This document shows, piece after piece, positions 1 to 12,179 of a stretch of 64,000 bases of DNA. This DNA is from Lingula anatina. Its lineage: Eukaryota > Animalia > Brachiopoda. The position numbers and the translations under genes were made by a program. The stretch lies in contig CM120646.1 in NCBI GenBank assembly GCA_051362555.1, positions 17,856,001 through 17,920,000 of the forward strand. The letters are read 5' to 3'. Position 1 is the first letter of the stretch. The number at the start of each line of letters is the position of its first letter. The notes beneath the pieces were generated by a model that was given only the letters and a program-made list of their open reading frames with translations, ran no database searches and had not been told where the DNA came from.

Positions 1-121
1 TTGTATATATCAAGTTCGTTCGACATGATTAAGAACGAAACAGGACAATCGTGCACTGTACATTTAACCTAAACGATAAATGATCTCTTTATGGTTTTCT
101 GTCATGGAATGGCGAGATGTC

Positions 122-129
122 TATATAAA
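122..129 (+). promoter_or_regulatory. Candidate TATA box of paralog A
   Basis: TATATAAA about 70 bp upstream of the inferred ATG at 192. Confidence 0.5.
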
Positions 130-191
130 CTCGTTGTCTGCCAGGCAGCGCTGTATTCTATATATTGTATTGAATGTTGTGTTCACGCAGG

Positions 192-2058
192 ATGCGGACG
201 TGCAAGTAAGTAAACGATAAAAAACGTGTTGAATAGCCTATATTAATTTTTGCTTATGCACCCTTGAGTCCAGTATCGAAATCAGAGAGAGAAATAGACG
301 ATTAACCGAGTCTCCAACTTTTCATTTCAGCGCCTTGGGTTACTTGCTTCTTGCCTGCGGGTTGCAGGTTGCGGCTGGCTTCTGGTGTACGGATTTCTTC
401 CAGCCTTTCTTAAAAGTTTTAAACCGGGGGCCAGAGCAATGTGGTCTAGGCGAACAGGAGTTGGGCGTGTACGACCGCACCTTCACCCTAGTCATGGATG
501 GAATCTTCCGAGGCTATGAACAGAATATTGACAGGTTTTTGAAGCACCACCAGTGCGCGGGAAGAGCAGAGTAAGCGTACTAATTGACATTACTTTCAGT
601 AATCCATAATTGTTCGCAATAGGTGATAGTTTAATGGACTATATAAGACCGTACAAAACGTGACCAAAAGAAGCGGGGGAGGGGCAACTGAACTTTCATT
701 GGTCTATTCACTTACAAGACCGCCTGTTTCAACGAAGGTTAAATACTGTTATCTGTGAAAATGTATTCTTTGTTTCTGACAATGTAAGGGGGGGGGGCAT
801 TATTTCGTTGATCTCTATCAAATACCATCTATATAAGTAAGGGCAAGCATTGTTTCGAGTGGCTAAGGTATTATATTCAGTGTAATAATTACGATGCGGA
901 CAATTTCACATAATCGAGCACCAATAACAGAAATTGAATGTTATATCTCCATTTCATTTTCAGTAACCAAAGCATTATTTTGGAAGGAAGACGTGCTATT
1001 CAGTTTCTTGAAACCGAATTCGGCCTGGACTTGTCTTCTGTCACTGACGCAGATATTTTGGACGGAAAAGTGCCGTTAGAAGGAGGGAAAATGTTGTTTC
1101 ACCCATTCACGTTTGATCCGGCTGGAAAGTACAGAGTAATATCAGGTATTGGTCCATTCTGGTTAGATCATCCTTTTCTATATGTTTTATTTTATTTTGA
1201 CCACGAGTTCTTCATGCGTAAAAATATATGGATTAAATTATTCTAAAATGATTTTCCGTAGAAAATTAACCATTGCTCTCATTAGTATACTCACCATGTG
1301 TTTTTTTATCTAAAAAAAATTTATAGTACTCGGTATTTTTGGTATTAAGAATTGTTCAACAGACTATATTTTGCTTTTTTAATCATATTTCAGAAACAAA
1401 AAGAGAAGGAGCAAGGCTTTTCAAGAATGCCCCCATCTCACATTCGGGTTGGGTAGTCGAGGTTTTTGAGCCGGTCACATTGAATGGTCCAAGGTTTTCC
1501 GGTACTTTGCAACCGTATGCCGCCATGTCTGCCGGGGAGTACGTAATACAGGTAACGTACACACGAGTCTACAATTTTGTATACTGCAATCAAGCTATTT
1601 TCATTATCTTCCGGTGAACGGAGTTCTACTGGGCAGAAGTAAACTGCGGAAACATTGTGAACCAAGTACATCTACTTGTCCAATAAAAAAAATAAGTTTC
1701 TGATTCCGCATCAAATACTGTATTTTAATTCTTAAGTTAAATTTTATTACAAGCCACTGTCAATGATGAATGATTATCACCAAGGGTATCACCACCAAAC
1801 CAACACTACGTTAGTAATTTCCTAGCATTTTTTTTTTAATTTCAGACTGCTTTCCCGGACCACAACGACGGCAAAATAGTCATTTCGTACGAGGCACAAG
1901 CCCCGGTGACAGTGGCGGGTGGACGTTACGTTGTTTTCGGTTTGGACGTCAACAGTGAGCAGTTTGGCGACGGCCAGTCCTATGGCATCTTTGAGACCAA
2001 CATGGCCACCGGAGAAGTCAATGGACGCGAGGTGATAACGTTCCCAAAGAAAGTGTAA
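192..2058 (+). CDS. Uncharacterised secreted protein, cluster paralog A (268 aa, 5 coding exons)
   Basis: Exons 192-205, 331-570, 964-1145, 1394-1551, 1846-2058 join in frame across GT-AG introns (807 nt). Protein starts MRTCNALGYLLLACGLQVAAG (signal-peptide-like) and ends GREVITFPKKV*. Exon sizes and phases match the three paralogs. Confidence 0.9.
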
Positions 2059-3299
2059 TATCACCATTTCTTGAAAACGGGCAGTTAAATGTTAAATAAT
2101 TATATAATATTGCATTTCATACACTCGTTGTCATTCTTTTAATTATAAATAGATTTAAGTTGGTGATGGTATGTTATTTCGTAAGTCAAGGGAAATAAAA
2201 AATATTGCACAATGTGTGATTTGTCTTCGTTAAAACTAGCTGTGTCAACATGCATGTCGCGTAGACTTAAAATTGACAGATAAGTCTGCAGGGTCTTGAT
2301 CTGGCAAAATAAACTGTTATCGTCAATCAGTCTTTTTTATTGTTTAAAATAAAGCTTAACTTCGTGACAGAATGCATTTGTGATCTGATTCACCCCCAGG
2401 CGTGTACATTTGTACATTTACCATCCTGCACGTGAAGCACATACAAAACTCTTCCAGACATAACCACATTGATTTAACATTCACGAGTTTACTCCTGGGT
2501 GAACATCAAACAAAGCACCCAGAGATAAAAATGGATTCTGTTTTGCTATATTTAAATATTTATCTAAAATCTGGCGGTTCTAGTAACAAGCACAGACAAC
2601 GCTGGGACTGGGGCTAATAGAATTTTGTTACCGACGCCCCCTATCGTCTGCCATCGTATACAATTAATTCTAGTGCCATAATTCATTAAATTGAGAGCGT
2701 GGGTGGATTCTTTACTCTCTGTTACTTTCACTGCCACACCAAACAAACTCGTATATATTCTGTAAGGTTTAACATGACGGCCCTACTGCTATATGAACCC
2801 GCGATGGTCGTGCGTAAATTAGTAGAGGATGTAGTATTTATTCACACGACATGTCACCTCATTTTATACAGTTTAGAAATCCACATAGTTAAAATTAAAA
2901 CTAGAACAACCACAAATACATATATTATATTATAATACATCGATAGTATTTTATGATACATTTTGTATATGCACTCGACCAAAAAAGTTGCGTGTATTTG
3001 GAACTCATTTCTTAAATCCAACAGACCGCGACGACATAAATATGAAAGACCAATGAATAAGTTGTAAACTAAAGCTCATTGGCGATTCACAACTGGGGAT
3101 ATATCTTCATTAAAGGAGTATTTGTTACGTAGAGAAGCTATGATACGACTTACTAAGTGCGTTACTATAAGTAAGGTTGATAGTATACTTTATTGCACCG
3201 CAAGTTTCAGTTAATCGTTAATTCTGTCAAGCATAAAATGGCAATAAACACCAATTTGTAGCCCTGTATATATCACACGGTTTACATGTAAAGAGCACG

Positions 3300-4849
3300 A
3301 TGCAGATGTAAGTAGATGATGAAAATGCGATTGAATTTAGCAATATTTGTACGAGTACGTAGGCTGAACAAGAGAGAGAGAGAGAGAGAGAAAGAGAGTA
3401 GATAGTAATGATAGTGGAACACTCAATCTTTGCTTTACAGAAAAATCTCGACCTGCTTGCTGCTAATATGTGGACTGCAAGCTGTGGCAGGCTACTGGTG
3501 GAGGTGGAGTCACTGGTACCAAATCATGGGTCGGGAACCAAACCAGTGTGGATTGAATGGGGTGGAGTTGGGGACGTACGAACACACCTTCGTGCTGGTA
3601 ATGGACGGAATCTTCCGAGGCTATGAACAAGATTTGGGCAGACTTTTAAAACATCACAAATGCGCGGGAAGAATGGAGTAAGTACATTGGAAAAGTCTTA
3701 TCATGCATTGGTTATGGATATTCAAAATCCGATTTCAGGTTGAAAAGAATTTTCTTTATCTTTAAGCGTAAAGTTAAAACCAACTGTGTTTGTAGGTTGT
3801 TATATGTATACAAATTTGATTTATCAGTAACCAAACCATAATCGTGGAAGGAAGACGCGCTGCTAAGTTCCTGGGAACTGAATTTGGTCTGGATTTGTCT
3901 TCTGTCACTGATGAAGATCTCTTAGACGGAAGAGTGCCTTTAGAAGGCGGCAAAATGTTGTTTCATCCTTTCACGTTCGACCCTGCTGGAAAGTACAGAA
4001 TGATAGCGGGTATAGTTCGGTTTATCAATACTCCATGAAAATTCTTATTATTGTTTTAAATAGATAAGAACCGTAGAAAACAACCAAAAAGTTTAGTAAA
4101 AAACAGAAAGAGACATTTACAGAATGGTAACCTAAACAAGAACAGTACTTTGCATTTTACTTTTTACTGTTTCAGAGACATACAGACACTGGAGCAGGCT
4201 GCACCAGAATGTTCCTATCTCACATTCAGGCTGGGTGGTGGAGGTTTTTGAGCCTGTCACCTTGAACGGTCCAAGGTTTACCGGTACTTTGGAACCGTAT
4301 GCAGCCATGTCTGTTGGAGAATATGTAGCACAGGTACAGACATTCAGTGGGACTGTAGATGGCGTTTTCGTTGAAACCATTTGAGCACCCTTTAATTTAA
4401 GTTATGGTCTATTAAAAACTTATTAAGTCCGTAGTGTAGAGGCGAACTAGTAATGCTGTTCTTCAATAATTAACTGGTATAGTCATTTAAAAAGAATGAA
4501 AGCGAAAAAATCAGATTTCTTTTCTACACATTGATTTGATTGGCTGAAAAAGCACTACAGATCAGCAATAAAGAGGATGTCAACAAGATAACTTTGGAAC
4601 TTCAAGTCATACATTTTCGTAACTGTATTCCAGACTGGTTTCCCAGACCACCACAACGGCACAGTGGTCATAACGTACGAGGCCCAGTACCCAGTCACAG
4701 CGGCAGGCGGTGGACGTTATGTTGTAATCAGCCTGGATGTCCACAGCAAGCAGTTCGGCGACGGCCAGTCCTATGGTATCTTTGAGACCAACATGGCCAC
4801 CGGGGAAGTCAATGGACGCGAGGTGATAACGTTCCCAAAGAAAGTGTAA
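3300..4849 (+). CDS. Uncharacterised secreted protein, cluster paralog B (5 coding exons)
   Basis: Exons 3300-3307, 3441-3677, 3828-4009, 4176-4333, 4634-4849 join in frame with GT-AG. Starts MQIKISTCLLLICGLQAVAG|YWWRWSHW and ends GREVITFPKKV*. Confidence 0.9.
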
Positions 4850-6525
4850 TATCACCATTTCTTGAAAACAAGACTCTTTAAACAGTGATATTTGACGTTT
4901 ATCAAAGAAATTAAAGCTTGTGATTTAATAATGCAATTGAAGCGAATAAGATTGCACAATATAGTCTTTTATGTCACCGGCCTCAGAAACTGGTCCTTCA
5001 AAATAGGACTCCTTGTATCAACTGAAATGTCATATATTTTAATATATATTTTAATTTTAACCTTAAAAGATTAAAAACCGTTTCTAGTATATATGTTAAT
5101 CGTGTTCTGGACTTCCAAAATAAATTATATATAATACTCCTGTTATTACTGTGCATATGTAAACGATATGTCATAAAGCGTATAACGTCAGAGGTGCATC
5201 TCTTCTTACCCCCTCTTGATAAAACATGCACATTTATATGCAGAATACTACACACAATGCTCTTTCGACCTCAAGATCCGTACAAAAAGTAAAAACTTAA
5301 TGAATACACTCTTGGATGAGCATTCAAGAAAACATATCCAGATATACCTGTAGCAGGTTTACCTGTGACTTGTGTATGACTCCAGATCGTGTGTTTGAAA
5401 TAACTTATGGTTTATTCGCCAGACCTGTAAGTGCACACGTGAGAAAGCGAAAGTGCCACTGACTGAGAAAGGGCGCGTTATATAGATTAACGGACATACT
5501 CGAACACAAACGGAAAGAGACGAACACACTACACTAACACAATCACAACCTTAATCATGCACGTCACCTACCGATGAACTGTGATTTTTTTTAATATATG
5601 AAAAATTCATATATACAAAAACAGTTTTGTTTTGTAAATAGCTATAAAAATTAATTTTTCCAGATAATATAAATATAACAATTTATCAGGAAACAAACAT
5701 ACTGTTCATCTGCAAGGGCTTATCCCTGTTATACGAGGGCTTACTTCTACAAGTAATATGGCATGTGGTATCATGTGTTGAGAAAGCTGCCAATAAACAC
5801 GTGGCACGTTATACCTGCCGTGTAACTGTGAAAAAATGAGCATGGCTACAGGTATGCTATTTCTTGGCCCCTGATGTCAGAAAAATAAACTTCCAAGTCA
5901 TTTGACAGTAGGAGAAACATGTCTGTCATAAAATTGTGCTTTTATAAACTGATTCATTGTTTTTATCAAAATAAATGACAAAGTTTCATAATTTTCGTAA
6001 CATTAAGTATTTATCACTCTTTAACATTATTATTATAGGTGTATATATAACTTTTCTATCATACAAAAAAAGTTTGATAAGAAATACTTTTTAAATTTTA
6101 CAAAAAAAAAAAAAAAAAAAATTGGCCATGCACAAATGCGGGCAATAATCTAATGTGTTGAACTTTGTATGATAGTTTTGTAGCTATATGGGTCTCATAA
6201 TTTTAACCAGCATTTAAAACAAAACGATGAAATTGTTAACGCTGAAAATCAATGAAAGCTCGGAATGCAAAAGAAATTCAAACAAAAGATGTACGGTGTC
6301 ATGAATAATGTTACCGCCATCATCATTTTCAAACAGCTGCTTTAAAAAAGTGACATTCTATTTTTAGAAGAAGAGGCTTGTTTTTTAAGAAAAAAATTTT
6401 GCCATGCACAAAAGCGGGCAAAAGTACACTTTCCGATACCATACTTCCAAAAAATTCATTACAGTATTTTCAGCATAGCAGAAAGCTTTGGAAAGACTAC
6501 TTTTGCAAAATACTTCGAGCTAAGG

Positions 6526-8345
6526 ATGGTGTATACATATAGGTAATTGAAATGGGTGGAATGAGGGAAAATTGGTGTTTGGCTTTGATCATGTTCATGT
6601 AGAGAGAGAGAGAGATGTTGCACGAGATATTTTAAATTTCGGAAGTCCAGTAGTGCCGTTATTAAAAGGTGGATCCCTCGGGCGAGGGTGCGACACTTGT
6701 TTTCCTTAAAAGAAGGGGCTTTGTGAGCGCATTTGTCATCCTTCCGCGGGCTCATTTCCAACGGTAATCCAAGTACCATATTGTATAATTTATCATTTGA
6801 AACAAAGTCCAGCTCTGTTTTCCAGCATTTGGCTTTGTCTGTTTCTAATAACCGGAGCGCAACCCCAGTTTGGTCTAGCACACAGTCATTATTTGCCCTC
6901 GGGAAAGGAGCACGACCAGAATCAATCTGATGTACTAGAGTTTGGTCTATATGACCATACCTTCGTACTCACCATGGAAGGCGTCTTCAGAGGATATGAA
7001 CAGAGTCTGGAAAGACTTTTGGCACATCACAGACGCGCGGGAAGATATGAGTAAGTATATATATGTCTGCTGTGAGAAATTTCAATCGCGTCTTCTTTGC
7101 TTATTGAGAATATAATCGTTCATGAATGATAAAGATCAGCTGTTGGTCAAAATAATAGAAATAAATGACTGTCCGTTCAAAGCAGTTGCTACTTTACTGT
7201 CTTCTATTGGTGTGTCATGGTAGGTTTCTTACGTGCTTTAAATTCAAATGGTTATGGAATTTTTTTATAGCTGCATGTACTTTGCTTGCAGCAACCAGAG
7301 TATCATATTGGAAGGAAGACGCGCTGTTCAGTTCCTGGAAACCGAATATGGCCTGGACTTGTCTTCTGTCGCTGATGCAGATGTTTTGGACGGAAGAGTG
7401 CCATTAGAAGGAGGGAAAATGTTGTTTCATCCTTTCACGTTTGCTTCGGATGGAAAGTACAGGATGATATTGGGTACTGGTTCATTTTGGTCCCATGTTG
7501 TAGTTTTGAATACTTAGACCGATAGGTACTGCGCTACCAACTCTTGAATTAGTTATTCAAAGAATATCTTAACCTTAGGTTGGCGGTGGAGATCCGAACT
7601 ACCTGTCAGAACTTAGATCTAACATAGTCATGGCATCTGGAAAACCGGGTGAATTGACCTTTAGAAATCTTATTTCATACAAGAGTAATATACTGAATTT
7701 TTGAAAATTATATTTCAGAATCAAAACGAAAAACAAGCAGGCTTTACGAGAATGCTCCTCTCTCACATTCGGGCTGGGTGGTGGAGGTTTTTGAGCCGGT
7801 CACCTTGAACGGCACAAGATATACCGGTGTTTTGAAACCGTATGCCGCCATGTCCAGTGGGGAATACATAATACAGGTAACGTGCACAGAAGCCTTAAAT
7901 TTTGTAAACTGCAATCATGCGGTTTTCATCACCGTCCGCTTCCAAACAATTACCACTGCTGATAAACCAGTACTTTGGAACTGTATGCTGATATATCTAC
8001 CTGGAATATGTAATGAAGGGTCTAATTTTAAATGCAATCAAGCGATTCTGGTTTTACTCCGGAGAGTGGAGGTCCGCTAGCGCTTAGGCAAACTACGGAA
8101 CCCCAAAATTGCATGTAATACGGAGAGTTAGGAAGCTTCCATTGTAATTATTGGGATGTACTTGTAACATTGGATCCACGAAAAAAGTTGAGCAGATAAT
8201 TTGGTTTAATTATCTCCTCCTTATCAAAAGCACCATGCCATGAAGTAATTATATATATTACAAAGTATCATCAATGAATGTTCTTTCACTTAGATGTGTG
8301 AATCTAAAAATGTAACTGACGTTAACAGGTATACTGTAGCGCTCA

Positions 8346-8391
<46 letters not shown>

Positions 8392-8683
8392 CCACTTAAA
8401 AAACGCACTGCTAATATCAGTGACGGTCACAAAAAAATACAAAATTTTTGGTGGTATCTGTATATTTCAGACACGTACCCCAGATCACTATGACCGTAAA
8501 ATAATCATGACATACGAGGCACAAGCCCCAGTGACAGTGGCGGGTGGACGTTACATTGTCCTCGGTTTGGACGTCCACAGCGAGCAGTTTGGCGACGGCC
8601 AGTCCTATGGTATCTTTGAGACCAACATGGCCACCGGAGACATCAATGGACGCGAGGTGATAACGTTCCCAAAGAAAGCGTGA
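6526..8683 (+). CDS. Uncharacterised secreted protein, cluster paralog C (5 coding exons; first exon tentative)
   Basis: Exons 6526-6542 (tentative; phase 2 like the paralogs), 6826-7050, 7292-7473, 7719-7876, 8471-8683. Same 182/158/213-nt exons 3-5; ends GREVITFPKKA*. Confidence 0.85.
8346..8388. repeat. (AAT)n microsatellite in paralog C intron 4
   Basis: Visible trinucleotide run; it produces the poly-Ile in ORF 8294..8683. Confidence 0.9.
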
Positions 8684-9076
8684 AATGTTATTTCCCAAAA
8701 CCGAGTCGATACGTTTAAACGCTATTGTCGACTTGGTAGGGTAATGCTTAATTTGGATTCATTTTAAAATTATGGTTGGGTTGAATTTGGTGATTTTGTA
8801 TCATTTGGTTCAATGCAAACAATGAAGCTGTGCAATGCTTTGAATTTGCATTAGTACCATTTTACTGCCTCTGTTTTGGAAAAATAAAATTTAACGCGAA
8901 GGATATTATGTCATATTTATTCCTTTTTTCAACTTGACAACACCTGCATCCATTGTGATCAGTTATTGCTGACATTTGTTATCTTAGGAAAAATATATTT
9001 TATAGAGAGCATAATAATATGTATAACCTGATTATGTTTTCCATTTTGCTCTCAACAAATTTCCTCTTCTTAATGG

Positions 9077-9675
9077 TTATTTTCTTCGCGTAAAGGTAAG
9101 AACTTCTCGTCCGGCGATCTTTCCGGTTTCTGGATCAGTGTCATAAAATCCGTAGCTCAGGCCATCTCCATGTTTGTCGCTGTGAACGCGAAACTTGCCA
9201 ATTAAGAAACGGCCATCTACAACACGGAGAGGTCTCTCCGCCTCGTAGTGAATCCTAATTTTGTTTTTTGACTGACATTTCGGACCAGCCTGAAAAGAAA
9301 TCATTATTAAAAAAGCCTATTAATACAGAAAAAACAATCTGCCGTCGACAATAAATAAATAAATAATTAAATGAATATATAAATGGATGAAAAAAAAGTT
9401 AAATTGATTGATTAATTTATATATAAATGGAGCAACTATAAACCAATTATAGTGAAATAGCACCTTGGATGATTAGCTTTTTGGTTGTCCCGCCACTTTT
9501 CGCCTTTTTGTTTAAAAATCAAGAAGACCATTGTCATTGAATGGTGCCACCCAGCAAACACGTCACGTTGGTACCACGTGGTTAATCCGTTGCTCTGACG
9601 TTATAATGTGGTAACAACGTGCCAGCCACGTGATCCGAACGTGACGTGTTTGCTGGGTAACTGGTCCATCCTTTA

Positions 9676-9716
<41 letters not shown>

Positions 9717-11652
9717 ACGTGCACGCGCGTGAGAGAGAGCGAGAGAGAAAGAGAGAAAATGGACAAAAGAGCTACCAATGCCATAGTTTCCCCGATATTA
9801 ATGACGTTCCCTGCAGCCGCATCCCCGCTGTACCCGTCGCCATTGAGTTTGATTGGTTCAAGAACCTCGACCGCCCACCCAATGTCAGAGATAAGGGCGT
9901 CCTCATAATGTCTGCTGCCACAAGGACTGGTTTCTGACAAAAATAAAGTAGACCTACGTCAAGCACATAAATATCGCAACCAAGTAGGTTGAACAGAGAT
10001 ACAGATTAAATTAGGCCTATGGCCTATGTTGTAGGCCTATGTAGACAGGCTGAATACAAAAACATGTACATTTTCTATACCATTAATCATGTTAAATATG
10101 GTATCTGGAATAAAAAGCTCTGTTTACAACAATTTACACCTGTGAGGTGATCATTTGAATAGGGCCAAATAGCATGTGGAATCAGAGGTGGGACACCTTT
10201 TTTCATCAATGGCGTATGTTGACTTCACCATATTTGGCCTTAATACATGAACCTACACGAGAAGCGCGCTGATGAATGCTGATATTAGTCTGTCAGTATA
10301 ATGGATTTTTTTTACTGAAATACGTATAGGCTTATTAAATTATGCACAACCAAGGGGAAAGGGATAGAAAAGGATAGGCCTCCGTCTACTGATACCAAAG
10401 AAGATAACTAGGCCCTACAGGTAGGGGCTGTACCCTATATTGACCTTCAACGTTATATCAAAAGGGCGGTCACATTACCTGAGAGAATCCTATATTTAAC
10501 CTCTGGGTTCAGGATAAACGGATAAAAAAGCAGCTTCCCGTCTGCAAGTTCCACTTTACCGTTGAGGAGGTCATCATCAGAGACAAGTGACATATCTATC
10601 CCATAATAGTCTGTAAAGAAACGAGTCGCTTTCCTTCCTTCTAATATGACGCTTTGGTTGCTAAAACAAAATAAAAGCATTTCACAATGACAGTTATCTA
10701 TTTTAACGTACATTTGCAAGTGCTGGGCAGTTAAACTCTTGAATGCGACTTTGTCTTCTCTGAATAAAAGAGGGATTAATTTCAAAGCATTATGACGCCA
10801 TTGGACGTACGTCTAGGGGCATAAGGCCACCCTTTGAAACAATTCTAAATGTGTGCTATTCTATCTGGAGATAAAACGATTTTTGATCTCGGAATTTTAC
10901 GGATTCACCTCTATGAATATAACTGTTGCAGATTTTTGTGTGAAGCCTAAATGATAGGCTTGGCCTAAGGTCTATAACTTTTTGCCTTACAAACGTGTAC
11001 GAATCATTAGACCTACAGGCTTAATCCAAACGTGACTTAGGCCTAATTTCTAGAAATGGTTTTACATGTGGCCTTACTCGGAGATTGTGCACGAGTGCCA
11101 TTGTAACTGGAGATTTAATGCCCCGTTGACCTTAAAGGAATGTGTATAAATTCAAATAAATTTTACGGTCGCAACTGTTGGTTTCGTAAGCTCTTACTCA
11201 TTTCTTCCCGCGCACGCGTGGTGCTCTAAAAACCTCTCCAGATCCTGCTCAAATCCAAGAAACACTCCGTCAGCAATGAATGTGAACGTGTGGTCATATA
11301 CAGTAAGGTCCAAGTCGGATCTTTCTTTTTCCTCCCTTTTGCACTGGTCAGAGTCCAGAGGGTCTAACCACTGAGACTCATGTGTTCCACGGACAACGTG
11401 TAAGATACAGAACAGTAGAAATAACTCCAAAGATCTGAAAGATTGTTAAAACAATATAAAATATCTGTTAGCATTCCAAACGGTTTAGACAGATCTAGAA
11501 ACAGGCATAGCCCATGATAGCAGTGCTGTACGTCAGCCTGGTAGGCCTATGGCCTGCTATAAAAAGTTCGTCCCCACGCTACAGCATCAAAATTATGGAG
11601 ATGAAATTCCTCTCCCTTTATCACTCTATCTCTCTTTATCGCTGTCTCTCTT

Positions 11653-11733
<81 letters not shown>

Positions 11734-11803
11734 ACCGCCACCGCCACCACCACCACCACCACCAGTACGCACACGCGAGCTCACTAAACACCTACCTATA
11801 CAT
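9077..11803 (-). CDS. Uncharacterised secreted protein, divergent cluster paralog D (5 coding exons)
   Basis: Exons 11803-11796, 11434-11198, 10660-10479, 9933-9776, 9289-9077 with the same 182/158/213-nt sizes and phases. Starts MYRSLELFLLFCILHVVRG; contains YDHTFTFIADGVFLGFEQDLERFLEHHACAGR and GDGLSYG; ends GREVLTFTRRK*. Confidence 0.88.
9678..9757. repeat. (GT)n/(GA)n compound microsatellite
   Basis: Visible dinucleotide runs in paralog D intron 4. Confidence 0.9.
11640..11765. repeat. (CT)n(CA)n(CCA)n compound microsatellite
   Basis: Visible runs in paralog D intron 1; they explain the low-complexity ORFs at 11514-11880. Confidence 0.9.
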
Positions 11804-12179
11804 ATCTTAAAATGACTCAGAACGTCTTTCAAACAAAGTAGACTATCAGTTCCTGTGCACTGTACGATGTAAAATATCATATAGAACTAAGATACCCTAT
11901 AATGTGACTTAATGCCACCAATGGCGTGGTTTTATTTGGCAATTAATGCTGACGATTGAAGTAATGCATCGATGCTCGCGGAGTGAAACCCACACCAAGG
12001 AATGACCTCAATCAGTCATCTGTATATCGGTTGTACATTATGCAGAGAATGACCCCCGTACACTTTTTGGGTGTAATTTTGGTCTCAACAAAGCATGTCA
12101 AACATTTGAAGCAGTACGCTACTGTACTGCATATGGAGACGGAATAAAACACAAGTCACGCTTATATACCAGTATGTTA

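Noticed and set aside
5836-5851. Alternative first exon for paralog C (ATGAGCATGGCTACAG|gt)
   Set aside because: It would need a phase-1 intron and a weaker acceptor at 6812, whereas the paralogs use phase 2; not fully excluded.
6115-6422. Direct repeat GCCATGCACAAA.GCGGGCAA at ~6124 and ~6400
   Set aside because: Probably a degraded transposon fragment; no termini or TSD could be defined.
1822-8698. Conserved minus-strand ORFs (1822..2067, 4607..4858, 8417..8698; LWERYHLASID)
   Set aside because: Antisense shadows of the conserved last exon of paralogs A-C.
11514-11880. His/Pro-rich and ER-repeat ORFs
   Set aside because: Translations of a compound microsatellite in an intron.
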